From assembly GCA_963819655.1 (NCBI GenBank), contig CAWFXA010000002.1, positions 448,001 to 512,000 on the forward strand: a stretch of 64,000 nucleotides of DNA. The letters run 5' to 3'. A model generated the notes under the pieces. It saw only the letters and a list, made by a program, of their open reading frames with translations. It had not been told where the DNA came from and did not search any database. The DNA comes from an uncultured Chloroflexia bacterium. Its GTDB lineage: Bacteria; Chloroflexota; Limnocylindria; Limnocylindrales; CSP1-4. Both the position numbers and the translations under genes were made by a program. How positions within the stretch are numbered: position 1 is the first letter of the stretch; each line of letters begins with the position of its first letter. Below, in pieces: positions 41,101 to 54,530 of this stretch.

Positions 41101-44100
41101 TCAGCGGCCGTGGCACTTCTTGTATTTGGCCCCGGAGCCGCACCAGCACGGATCGTTGCGCCCGATGCGGGCGCCCGTCGGCGTGTAGCCCTGGCGGACT
41201 CCTGCGCCACCGCCCCGCCCCACCGCGCCACCACCCGCACCGTCACCGCCGAGCACAGGCCCGTCGCCGACCGACTCTCGGACGTTCCGGGCCAGGGGCG
41301 CGGCCGGGAGCGAGCCACGGACGACCGCCGAGCCAGGCGCGCGAGCCGCGCCGGACGTAGCGGCTCCGGCCGCCGCGGCCCCCGCCAGCGCTGGCTGCTG
41401 CAGGACGCCCGCGCCATTGCCGCTGGCTGGGCTCGTCAGCGCTGCGGCGCCCCGCGCCAGGGACTGGCCGAGTGCTGCGTCGGGCGGAGGCTGCTTCTGG
41501 ACGCTGACCCGGAAGATCGACGAAGCGACGCCGTGGCGGATGAGCCCGCGCAGCTCCTCGTACATCCGGAACGCCTCGCGCCGGAACTCGTTGAGCGGGT
41601 CCTGCTGCGCATACCCGCGCAAGCCGATGCCGCGGCGCATGTCGTCGACCTCGGTGAGGTGCTCGACCCACAGGGAATCGATCGTGCGCAGCAGAACGAT
41701 CCGCTCGACCTGCGCCCAGTCCTCTTCGCCGACCTCCGCCTCGCGTGCGTCCAGGCGATCATCGGCGAGCTCGCGCACGTAGTCAGCGATGTCATCGCGG
41801 CCGCCCTGGTCCCACAGCGTGTCGACGGACGTCTCAGGACCGCCGAGACCCATCGCGGTCAACGCGGCCGACAGGCCATCGACGTCCCAGGCGTCCGCGT
41901 CCTCGCCGGCGAGGTGGCCCTCGACGAGCGTATCGATCTCCTCGTCGAGGAACGCCCGCACCGTCTCAGTCAGGTCCTCGTTCTTGAGGACCTTGTCGCG
42001 CTCCGCGTAGATCGTCTCGCGTTGCTTGTTGATGACGTCGTCGAACTCGACGACGCGCTTGCGGATGTCGAAGTTGAAGCCCTCGACGCGGCTCTGGGCG
42101 CTCTCGATGGTCTTCGAGACGAGGCGCGATTCGATCGCGACGTCCTCCTCGAGCCCGAGCCGTTCCATGAGGCCGGTCACGCGGTCCGACGCGAAGCGCT
42201 TCATCAGGTCGTCGTCGAGCGACAGGTAGAACCGCGACGACCCGGGGTCGCCCTGGCGGCCGGCGCGGCCGCGCAGCTGGTTGTCGATCCGCCGCGAGTC
42301 GTGGCGCTCGGTGCCGATGATATGGAGCCCACCGGCGTCCACGACCCGGACATGCTCTTCGTCGGTGAGCGCCTTCGCCTCGTCGAGCGCCTCCTGGTAG
42401 GTGTCCGAGTCGACTTCGGCCGGGTTCAGCCCCTTGCGATGGAGCGCCTCTGATGCCAGCCCCGCCGGGTTGCCGCCGAGCAGGATGTCGGTTCCGCGGC
42501 CGGCCATGTTCGTGGCGATCGTCACCGCGCCGGTCCGACCGGCCTGGGCCACGATCCCCGACTCCTTCTCGTGGAACTTGGCGTTCAGCGTCTCGTGCTT
42601 GATGCCGCGGCGCTTGAGCATCGCCGAGAGGATCTCGGACTTCTCGACGCTGATCGTGCCGACGAGGACCGGCCGGCCGGCCTCCTGCACCTCGACGATC
42701 TCGTCGATCAGCGCGTTGAACTTGGCCTTCTCGTCGCGGAACACGAGGTCCGCGTCATCGTCGCGGATCATGTCGCGGTGCGTCGGGATCGCGACGACCT
42801 CGAGCTTGTAGATCTTGTGGAACTCCTCGGCCTCGGTCATCGCGGTGCCGGTCATGCCCGACAGCTTGTCGTAGAGGCGGAAGTAGTTCTGGAACGTGAT
42901 CGTGGCGAGCGTCACGCTCTCGCGCTGGACGCGCAGGCCCTCCTTCGCCTCGATCGCCTGATGGAGCCCTTCGCTCCAGCGGCGGCCCGGCATCTGACGC
43001 CCGGTGAACTCGTCGACGATGACGATCTCGCCGTCCTTGACGATGTAGTCGCGGTCGCGCTTGTACAGCGCGTGGGCGCGCAGCGCCTGCTCGAAATGGC
43101 GGGCAAGCCGCGGGTCCGCGTCGTACATGTTCTCGACGCCGAGGAAGCCCTCCATCTTGTGGATGCCCTCTTCGGTCGGGCTGACGGCGCGGTCCTTCAG
43201 GTCGATGAAGTAGTCGCCGCCTTCCTCGTCCCCCTCGGGCCGTTCCTTGAGGCGCGGGACGAGCCTCGCGAACGTGAAGTAGAGATCGGCCGACTCCTCG
43301 GCCTGACCCGAGATGATCAGCGGGGTCCGTGCCTCGTCGATGAGGATGTTGTCGACCTCGTCGACGATGGCGAAGCTGCGCTCGCGCTGCACGCGCTGCG
43401 TCAGGTCGACCACCATGTTGTCGCGCAGGTAATCGAACCCGAACTCGTTGTTCGTGCCGTACGTCACGTCCGCGGCATACGCCTCGCTCCGCTCGACCGG
43501 GCGGAGGTTGATGAGCCGCTCGTCGGATGTCGGGTAGCCGGGCTCGAACAGGTACGACGCGTCGTGCGTGATCATCCCGACGCTGACGCCGAGGAAGTCG
43601 TAGATCGGGCCCATCCACTGTGGGTCGCGGCGGGCCAGGTAGTCGTTGACCGTGACGATGTGGACGCCCCGCCCGGTCAGCGCGTTGAGGATCGCGGCCA
43701 GGGGTGCGACCAGCGTCTTCCCCTCGCCGGTCCGCATCTCCGCGATGCGGCCCTGGTGGAGCACCGCGCCACCGATGAGCTGGACGTCGAAATGGCGCAT
43801 GTCGAGCGTCCGCTTCATGGCCTCGCGGGTCATTGCGAAGACCTCGGGCAGGACGTCGTCGAGCGCCTTCTGCAGGCGTTCGTTCTCTCGCGCGCGGCGC
43901 GCCTTGGTCAGCTCGCGGCGGCGCTCGAGGTCCTCGTGGTGGAGCTCGTCGTCGGACGGCTCCTCGGGCTCGGCGGCCGCGCGCACCTCGTCGCGGATCT
44001 CGCCGATCTGGGTGCGGATCTGCTCGGGCGACATGCCCTCGAATTCGGCTTCGAGCGCATTGGCCTCGTCGACCCAGGGTTGGATGCGTCGGAGCTCGCG

Positions 44101-44136
44101 GTCGTTCGAGTCGACGAAACGGGAAAGGAACTTCAT
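41101..44136 (-). CDS. secA: preprotein translocase ATPase SecA
   Basis: MRTGEGKT, DEVD, TNMAGRGTD, QLRGRAGRQGD, SEC-C motif GRNDPCWCGSG. Confidence 0.99.
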   Translation of the reverse strand: MKFLSRFVDSNDRELRRIQPWVDEANALEAEFEGMSPEQIRTQIGEIRDEVRAAAEPEEPSDDELHHEDLERRRELTKARRARENERLQKALDDVLPEVFAMTREAMKRTLDMRHFDVQLIGGAVLHQGRIAEMRTGEGKTLVAPLAAILNALTGRGVHIVTVNDYLARRDPQWMGPIYDFLGVSVGMITHDASYLFEPGYPTSDERLINLRPVERSEAYAADVTYGTNNEFGFDYLRDNMVVDLTQRVQRERSFAIVDEVDNILIDEARTPLIISGQAEESADLYFTFARLVPRLKERPEGDEEGGDYFIDLKDRAVSPTEEGIHKMEGFLGVENMYDADPRLARHFEQALRAHALYKRDRDYIVKDGEIVIVDEFTGRQMPGRRWSEGLHQAIEAKEGLRVQRESVTLATITFQNYFRLYDKLSGMTGTAMTEAEEFHKIYKLEVVAIPTHRDMIRDDDADLVFRDEKAKFNALIDEIVEVQEAGRPVLVGTISVEKSEILSAMLKRRGIKHETLNAKFHEKESGIVAQAGRTGAVTIATNMAGRGTDILLGGNPAGLASEALHRKGLNPAEVDSDTYQEALDEAKALTDEEHVRVVDAGGLHIIGTERHDSRRIDNQLRGRAGRQGDPGSSRFYLSLDDDLMKRFASDRVTGLMERLGLEEDVAIESRLVSKTIESAQSRVEGFNFDIRKRVVEFDDVINKQRETIYAERDKVLKNEDLTETVRAFLDEEIDTLVEGHLAGEDADAWDVDGLSAALTAMGLGGPETSVDTLWDQGGRDDIADYVRELADDRLDAREAEVGEEDWAQVERIVLLRTIDSLWVEHLTEVDDMRRGIGLRGYAQQDPLNEFRREAFRMYEELRGLIRHGVASSIFRVSVQKQPPPDAALGQSLARGAAALTSPASGNGAGVLQQPALAGAAAAGAATSGAARAPGSAVVRGSLPAAPLARNVRESVGDGPVLGGDGAGGGAVGRGGGAGVRQGYTPTGARIGRNDPCWCGSGAKYKKCHGR

Positions 44137-44219
44137 GGGAGCGTGAGTATAGGCCGAGTAGGGCTGGATCCCGGTTCGGGGCACCGGATCGGGCTCGGGC
44201 CGGGCTCGGGCCGGTCGCC

Positions 44220-44531
44220 GATGTCACTCCCAGATGCACATTTATGACGAATGAGCACGGCGGACTGCCGGATTCGACAGTTTCTGTCGATTCTTGGGGT
44301 CGACCGTGCACGTTCGTCTGAAAACCGTCACTCACAGGAACACACGGTCGAGTCTTCCTTCGAGCCCGGCTCGGCGACCCCGCTCAGCGGCCTTTTCGGA
44401 ACCCAGCGATGTCACCCTGAGACACACGTCTGGACCGAATGAGCACGCGCCGATCGCTCAGGATGCGCCTTTCGTGACGTCTGGGCGATCGATCGTGCAC
44501 GGCTGTGCGAATCGCGTGTCTGACACAGACA
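44220..44531. repeat. two degenerate ~120-bp direct repeats, each internally palindromic (REP/MITE-like)
   Basis: Copies at ~44220-44342 and ~44408-44531 share GATGTCAC, CGAATGAGCACG and CGTGCACG at matching spacing. Confidence 0.7.
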
Positions 44532-44569
44532 GCGCCCGGTCGGTCAGACCGGAGTTCGCGGTCGGAGGA

Positions 44570-44836
44570 TCAGCTCCCGACGGGAGTGACGGACCAGAAC
44601 CCGGTGCCGTACCCGATGACGAGGATGGCGAACGTCAGGACGGCCAGCCCGAGCCAGAACATGACCGCCATGAACCGCGACGTCGGGTTCATCTCGGGGT
44701 TCTTGAGGTCCGGCAGGCGACGTCGGCGGAGACCGCTGCCCCAACGCGGCGAGCGGAGCTGGGCTTGCCAGTCGGGCTCGGACGGCTGTGGCTCGAGACC
44801 GCCTTCGTCGTCGCGTCGGTGGAGCTGCAGGCTCAT
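44570..44836 (-). CDS. small single-TM hypothetical protein
   Basis: ATGA overlap with prs stop; C-terminal TM FMAVMFWLGLAVLTFAILVIGYGTGFW. Confidence 0.7.
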   Translation of the reverse strand: MSLQLHRRDDEGGLEPQPSEPDWQAQLRSPRWGSGLRRRRLPDLKNPEMNPTSRFMAVMFWLGLAVLTFAILVIGYGTGFWSVTPVGS

Positions 44837-45951
44837 CGGTCGGATGGTACGGCCGCGGCGAGGGTGCCTGTTGAGGGCTCCCCGTCGTCTGCGCCGCCGT
44901 CGTCCGACGTGGGAGGTCCGCCAGGGCCGTCGGAGCCCTCGTCCCAGAGCAGCATCTCCTGGGTGAACGACACCTCGCTCGAGAACAGCGCCCCGACCGA
45001 CTCGCCACGGTGGATGCGCTTGATCGCCTCGCCGATGAGCGGTGCGACCGACAGCGTCGTCAGCTTCGGGATGCGCTTCGATGGCGCGAGCGGCACGGAG
45101 TCGGTGACGACGACCTCGCGCAGCGAGCTCTCGCGGATCCGCTCGATGGCAGGATCGCTCAGCACGCCGTGCGTGGCACAGGCGTACATCTCGGTCACGC
45201 CTTCGCGTTCGAGCGCGCGGACGATCTCGACGAGCGTGCCCGCCGTGTCGATCTCGTCGTCGACGATGATCGCCCGCTTGCCGCGGACCTCGCCGATGAC
45301 GTTCATGAGCTCGGCGCGGTCGAGGTTGCCGATCCGGCGCTTCTCGATGATCGCCAACGGCGCGTCGAGCAGCTCGGCAAAGGCGCGCGCCCGCTTGGCG
45401 AACCCGAGGTCGGTCACGATCACGAGGTCGTCGAGCCGCTTGTCGATGAAATAGCGCGACAGCATGTGGACGGCGGTGAGCTCGTCGACCGGGATATTGA
45501 AGAAGCCCTGGATCTGACCCTGATGGAGGTCCATCGACAGCACCCGGTCGGCGCCGGCCACCGTGATCATGTCGGCGATCAGCCGGGCCGTGATCGGGAC
45601 ACGCGGCTGGTCCTTCTTGTCCGACCGGCCGTACGCGTAGAACGGGATGACAGCCGTGATCCGGCCGGCCGACGCCCGCTTGAACGCGTCGATCATGATC
45701 AGCAGCTCCATGATCGACTGGTTGACCGGGTGCGACGTCGGCTGGACGAGGAATACGTCCTTCTCGCGAACGTTGTCGAGGATCTTGACGAAGATGTTCT
45801 CGTTCGCGAACTGGAAGACCTCGGCCTTCCCGCATTCCATGCCCAGATAGCGCGCGATCTTGCGCGCGAGGTCGGGGTTGGCGTTGCCGTGGTAGATCTC
45901 GAACTGGTCCGCGTACAAGGACGCCGCCTCCCGCTGGCCGAAGACCGTCAC
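44833..45951 (-). CDS. prs: ribose-phosphate pyrophosphokinase
   Basis: [32 protein letters not shown]. Confidence 0.97.
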   Translation of the reverse strand: MTVFGQREAASLYADQFEIYHGNANPDLARKIARYLGMECGKAEVFQFANENIFVKILDNVREKDVFLVQPTSHPVNQSIMELLIMIDAFKRASAGRITAVIPFYAYGRSDKKDQPRVPITARLIADMITVAGADRVLSMDLHQGQIQGFFNIPVDELTAVHMLSRYFIDKRLDDLVIVTDLGFAKRARAFAELLDAPLAIIEKRRIGNLDRAELMNVIGEVRGKRAIIVDDEIDTAGTLVEIVRALEREGVTEMYACATHGVLSDPAIERIRESSLREVVVTDSVPLAPSKRIPKLTTLSVAPLIGEAIKRIHRGESVGALFSSEVSFTQEMLLWDEGSDGPGGPPTSDDGGADDGEPSTGTLAAAVPSDR

Positions 45952-48518
45952 ACCGCGCCGCCGTTCGGGCCTGCCTGACCGGGGCCACCCGTTTCGGGGG
46001 CGTCATCGTCGCCCATGCCGTCGCGGTCCGCAAGTCCGGGGCTGAAGGCTGCGATGGCGGCCACGCTGTCGCCCTCGGCCAAGCGCATCACGATGACGCC
46101 ACGTGCCTGCGACGAGTAGCGGTTGATGGTGTTGGTCTCGGTCCGGATGACCTGGCCGCCCTGCGAGATGAGCACGAGCTCCTCGTCCTCCTCGGTGACC
46201 TGCTGGACGGCCGCCACGAGACCGGTCTTGCGACCCTCGAGAGCGATCAGCCGGACGCCCTGGCCGCCACGGTGCTTCCGCCGGAAGTCGCCGATCGCGA
46301 CGCGCTTGCCGTAGCCGGTCTCGGTCAGGACGAGCAGGTCCGCCTCCGGCTCGACGACGCTCATCGCCACCACACTGTCACCCTCGCGCTTGAGCAGCCG
46401 GATGCCGATGACACCTGCCGCATCGCGGCCCATCGGTCGTACCTCGTCCTCCTCGAAGCGGGCGAGCATCCCCTGCGCCGTCGCGATGATGATGTCGTCA
46501 CCCCCGCCCGAGACGTCGACCCAGGCGAGCTCGTCATCGTCGTTGATGGTGATCGCCCGGATGCCGGTCGAGCGGACCCGCTCGAACTGTTCGAGCGGCG
46601 TCTTCTTGATGATGCCCTTGCGGGTGGCCATGACCAGGAAGTGCCCGGGCTCGAAGTTCGGGAGCACGATCGTCGCCACCGGTACCTCACCCGCTTCGAC
46701 CTGGACGCCCGGCAGATTGATGATCGCCATGCCCTTGGCCTGCCGGGAGGCGTCGGGGATGGCATGGACCTTGGCGCTGAAGACGCGGCCGCGATTCGTG
46801 AAGAACAGGGCATAGTCGTGGGTGTTCGCGACCAGGAGGTGCTCGACGGCGTCCTCCTCGCGCGTGACGTGACCGATGATCCCCTTGCCACCGCGATGCT
46901 GGCGGCGGTAGGTCGCGACCGGCTGGCGCTTGATGTAGCCGCGCCCGGAGATCGTCACCACGACGTCCTCGTCGGCGATCAGGTCCTCGTCGGTCATCTC
47001 GCGGCTCGAGTCGTCCGCGACGCGGGTCCGGCGCTCGCCCGCGTACTTGCGCTTCAGCTCGGTGAGCTCGTCCTTGATGATCGTGAGCACGCGTGCCGGA
47101 TTGGCGAGGATGTCCTCGAGCTCGGCGATGAGCTGGATGACCGCGAGGTACTCGTCCTCGATCTTCTTGCGCTCGAGTGCGGCGAGGCGGGCTAGGCGCA
47201 TGTCGAGGATCGCCTGGGCCTGCAGCTCCGACAGGTCGAAGCGCGCCATGAGGTTGTCCCGCGCGACGTCGACGTCGGCCGACTCGCGGATCGTCTTGAT
47301 GACCGCGTCGAGGTGGTCGAGGGCGATCTTGAGGCCCTCGAGGATGTGCGCCCGCGCGCGCGCCTTGCCGAGGTCGAACTCGGTGCGCCGGCGGACGATC
47401 TCCTTGCGATGCTCGACGTAGTGCTCGAGCACGCTGCGCAGGGGTAGCGTCTGCGGCTGCCCGTCGACGAGCGCCAGCATGTTCATGTTGAAGGCGAGCT
47501 GCATCGGGGTGTGCTTGAACAGGTTGTTCAGCACCTTGTGCGGGTTGGCGTCGCGCTTGATCTCGACGTAGATGCGCATCCCGTCACGGTCGGACTCGTC
47601 GCGCAGGTCGGCGATGCCGTCGATGCGCTTGTCCTTGACGAGGTCGGCGATCTTCTCGAGCAGCGCCGCCTTGTTCACCTGGTACGGCAGCTCGGTGACG
47701 ATGATCGCCATCCGATCGCCACGGACCTCCTCGAACGCGACTTGCGCACGCATCACGACCCGCCCGCGGCCGTGCGCGTACATCTGCCGGATCGCGTCGA
47801 CGGTCTCCCATTCGCCGGTCAGGACGTTGCGCTGCTTCTCGAACCGGAAGATTGTGCCGCCGGTCGGGAAGTCCGGTCCGAGCACGAACTTGCACAGGTC
47901 GTCCGAGGTCAGCTCGGGGTCGTCGAGCAGGGCGATCGTCGCGTCGACGATCTCGCCGAGATGGTGCGGCGGGATGTTCGTCGCCATCCCGACGGCGATC
48001 CCGGTCGAGCCGTTGACGAGCAGGTTGGGCAGCTTGGCCGGCAGGACCGACGGCTGCTTCTGCGTCCCGTCGTAGTTCTCGACGAAGTCGACCGTCTCCT
48101 TGTCGATATCGGCGAGCATCTCCGACGCGATCGCCGTCAAGCGAGCCTCGGTGTAGCGCATCGCCGCGGCGTCGTCGCCGTCGACCGACCCGAAGTTGCC
48201 CTGCCCATCGACGAGCGGGTAGCGCATCGAGAAGTCCTGGGCGAGGCGCACGAGGGCGTCGTAGATCGCGCCATCGCCGTGCGGGTGGTACTTGCCCATG
48301 ACCTCGCCGACGACCGCCGCGCACTTGCGGAACGAGCTGGTCGATGACAGGCCCATCTCGCCCATCGTGTAGAGGATCCGGCGGTGGACCGGCTTGAGGC
48401 CGTCGCGCACGTCCGGCAACGCGCGGGAGACGATCACGCTCATCGCGTAGTCGAGGTACGAGACGCGCATCTCGTCCTCGATCCGGATGGCTCGGACGTC
48501 GCCCAGGTCGTCGGTCAC
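45948..48518 (-). CDS. gyrA: DNA gyrase subunit A
   Basis: [24 protein letters not shown], GyrA-box QHRGGKG. Confidence 0.99.
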   Translation of the reverse strand: MTDDLGDVRAIRIEDEMRVSYLDYAMSVIVSRALPDVRDGLKPVHRRILYTMGEMGLSSTSSFRKCAAVVGEVMGKYHPHGDGAIYDALVRLAQDFSMRYPLVDGQGNFGSVDGDDAAAMRYTEARLTAIASEMLADIDKETVDFVENYDGTQKQPSVLPAKLPNLLVNGSTGIAVGMATNIPPHHLGEIVDATIALLDDPELTSDDLCKFVLGPDFPTGGTIFRFEKQRNVLTGEWETVDAIRQMYAHGRGRVVMRAQVAFEEVRGDRMAIIVTELPYQVNKAALLEKIADLVKDKRIDGIADLRDESDRDGMRIYVEIKRDANPHKVLNNLFKHTPMQLAFNMNMLALVDGQPQTLPLRSVLEHYVEHRKEIVRRRTEFDLGKARARAHILEGLKIALDHLDAVIKTIRESADVDVARDNLMARFDLSELQAQAILDMRLARLAALERKKIEDEYLAVIQLIAELEDILANPARVLTIIKDELTELKRKYAGERRTRVADDSSREMTDEDLIADEDVVVTISGRGYIKRQPVATYRRQHRGGKGIIGHVTREEDAVEHLLVANTHDYALFFTNRGRVFSAKVHAIPDASRQAKGMAIINLPGVQVEAGEVPVATIVLPNFEPGHFLVMATRKGIIKKTPLEQFERVRSTGIRAITINDDDELAWVDVSGGGDDIIIATAQGMLARFEEDEVRPMGRDAAGVIGIRLLKREGDSVVAMSVVEPEADLLVLTETGYGKRVAIGDFRRKHRGGQGVRLIALEGRKTGLVAAVQQVTEEDEELVLISQGGQVIRTETNTINRYSSQARGVIVMRLAEGDSVAAIAAFSPGLADRDGMGDDDAPETGGPGQAGPNGGAV

Positions 48519-48534
48519 GGTCGGCTACTCCTGA

Positions 48535-49514
48535 TCAGGTCAGCGGGGGTTCAGGGTGGTGGGCGGGGTCCGGCAACCCACCGAAGCGGGACGCGACGTC
48601 GGCGGCGGCGGACGTGGACGGAGCGCCGGGCCGTCGGCGGATCCCGGCTAGGCGGGCGCGGATGTCGTCGGCGTCGCTGGCATCCAGTTTGGACAGGCTG
48701 TCGCGGATGACCCATGCGCGGTGGCCATCGTCGCTGGCCGCGGCCCGGTCCGCCTCGGCACGGAGGACTGCAGTCGTTCGCTCACGGTCGATCTGCGCGA
48801 GCGAGCGATACGCCCACGACAGGGCCTTCTGGACGTCGGGCTCGGCGTCGCCCATCAGTTGCCCGAGCAGCGGCAGTGCATGGTCGACGACTTCGGGACC
48901 CCGGCCGGATCGCCGGTTGCCGTGGGTCATCGTCGCGATCGTCGAGCCGACGAGGCGGCGCTCCCAGCGCGACGGGGAGAAGACGAGCTGTTCGAGCTCG
49001 GCCCAGCGATAGGGCTCGGCGGCGATGCCGGTGCCGTACGGATGGGCCAGATCGTCGACGGTGATCCAGTCGGCAGCCTCGCGGGCAGCGCGGCGGAGGA
49101 GCTGCCACGTCCGCTCTGGCTCGGACGCGAGCGTCCGTTCCAGGATCGCGAAGGCGAACCAGCGGGCTTCGAGGTGCTCCTCGCGGAACAGGCGATCGGC
49201 GACGAACAGCAACGGGGTCGGGCGGTCGCGGCGGGTCGCCTGCCGGAAACCGCGGATGACGGCCGCGAGCAATGGCCAGCGGACACCGTATGTCGTGCCC
49301 AGACCCGGCGCTACGAACTGTTGGCCCGCGAGGTACTCGGGATCGGCCAGGGTGGCGAGGCCCTCGCGGAGCGCGTCGGCGAGCGCATCCGGATCCTGGA
49401 GGTCATCCGCCAACCTGACACCGAGAGCCTCGGCGGCCGGTTTGTGGTCGGCGACGAATGCGACGGCGCGGGCCGTCGTGGGGCTTGTCGGCCGCGCGGC
49501 CTCGCTGACGGCCG

Positions 49515-49518
<4 letters not shown>
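48535..49518 (-). CDS. DNA alkylation repair protein (AlkD-like HEAT repeat)
   Basis: YGVRWP, DWITVDDLA, SRWERR, DVQKALSWAYR. Confidence 0.8.
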
Positions 49519-52858
<3,340 letters not shown>

Positions 52859-52862
<4 letters not shown>

Positions 52863-53689
52863 GAGAGCACCGCCATGTCCCGCTCGAGCATCACGGGGAT
52901 CCCAACGAGATGGTCGGCCATGTGCCGGGCGTTGCGTGCCCGGAACTCTGATGCCAGTGCGGCGTACGCGAGACCGCCTCGCGACTCGGGCGCATATGTC
53001 GCGATCGACCGGCCGTGACTGGGCGCCTCGGACAGGCGCACGCTGCGCGGGATGACGGTGTCGTACACGGTCCCTGTCAGATGCCGTCGCACCTCGGATT
53101 CGACATCGGCGGAGAGATTCGTCCTGGCATCGGCCATCGTGAGGACGACGCCGTCGATCGCCAGTCGCGGATTGAGGTGGTCGCGAACGAGGTCGATGGT
53201 GGCCAGCAACTGGGTCAATCCCTCCAGGGCGTAGTACTCACATTGGAGCGGGATGAGAACCGCATCGGCGGCGGTCAAGGCGTTCACGGTCAGCAGACCG
53301 AGAGATGGCGGGCAATCGATGAAGATGACGTCGTAGTCGTTGCTGAGCGGCTCGAGGAGCCGACGTAGCCGGCGTTCCCGTGCCGAGGTCCCGGCGAGCT
53401 CGACCTCCGCACCTGCCAACGCGATGGCAGACGGGACGACGTCGACCCCCTCCGATGATCCACGGACGATCAGGTCGCGCAGGCCGACACCATCCATGAT
53501 GCCGTCATACGACGAACGCTCGAGAGTCGATCGGTCGATCCCGATACCACTTGTTGCGTTGCCCTGGGGGTCGAGATCGATGAGCAGGACCCGGTCGCCC
53601 GAGAGCGCGAGCAGGCTCGCCAGGTTCACCACCGTGGTGGTCTTACCGACGCCGCCTTTCTGGTTCGCGCACGCGATCGTCCGCCCCAC
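52859..53689 (-). CDS. parA: chromosome partition ATPase ParA/Soj
   Basis: NQKGGVGKTTT, DLDPQGN, DCPPSLG, QCEYYALEG. Confidence 0.97.
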
Positions 53690-53839
53690 TCAGCGATCCG
53701 CTCGGAACAGTTTCACAGGTATCGATTCTACCATTGACGCCCGTTCGACCTCGGCTCGGAAGGGCCTTTGGCGGGAGGTCCGCAAGCGTGCCAGACGACG
53801 CGTAGCTGCCACTTATCGTGCGGGCCCCCCAAAAGGTTC

Positions 53840-53855
53840 CGTTTCACGTGAAACA
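53840..53855. promoter_or_regulatory. parS centromere site
   Basis: CGTTTCACGTGAAACA, 15/16 match to consensus TGTTTCACGTGAAACA, upstream of parA. Confidence 0.9.
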
Positions 53856-54029
53856 GGCTCGGGCGACGCTCGAGGCCCGGTGATCGGAGGGTCGCGAGGG
53901 GTCGTTGCCCGTTCGAGGACTCCGTGGGATACTCCGCCGAGACGTCGCCGCCGAATTGGTCGTGATGAAGAGCCGGGCAGGTGGGCGCGCGACCCTTCTG
54001 GCCGCTTCGCCGAGGAAACGACCCGTCCG

Positions 54030-54530
54030 ATGACCTTGCTCCTCGCTGCGGTCGGGGCGGTGGTGACAGCCCTGATCGAACTCACCGTGACCCCATACCT
54101 TCGGATCGGGTCGGCTCAACCCCACCCCGTTCTCGTGCTGGCGGTCATCGTCACGATCGCCGTCGGCCTCGAGGCCGGTATCGTCTGGGCCTTCGTGGGA
54201 GGGCTCGCACTTGATGTCCTTGCACAAAGACCACTCGGCTCGACCGCATTCGCCCTTTTGCTCTGCGTCGGCGGGGCCTCGCTTCTCGCGCGCTCCCTCG
54301 CTCACCTCCGACCGATCGTGCCGATCGTGGCCGTCTTCCTGCTCAGTCTCGGGTACTCGATGATCCTTTTCGCGACCTTCCGAGCCCTTGGTGCTCCGCC
54401 GCCCCCCACAGACCCGCTCACGATGGTGTTCCCGAGTGCCGTGTACGACGCGGTCCTGGGCGCGATCATCGGGCCGTTGACCGTCGCCGTGCATGATCGG
54501 CGGATAGAGCAGGAACGGGTCGACTGGTGA
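54030..54530 (+). CDS. mreD: rod shape-determining protein MreD
   Basis: Hydrophobic; AQPHPVLV, AFVGGLALDVL, PLG; precedes PBP2. Confidence 0.85.
   Translation: MTLLLAAVGAVVTALIELTVTPYLRIGSAQPHPVLVLAVIVTIAVGLEAGIVWAFVGGLALDVLAQRPLGSTAFALLLCVGGASLLARSLAHLRPIVPIVAVFLLSLGYSMILFATFRALGAPPPPTDPLTMVFPSAVYDAVLGAIIGPLTVAVHDRRIEQERVDW

Noticed and set aside
44220-44531. CRISPR array
   Set aside because: Only two long degenerate units, no identical short repeats with unique spacers, no cas genes.
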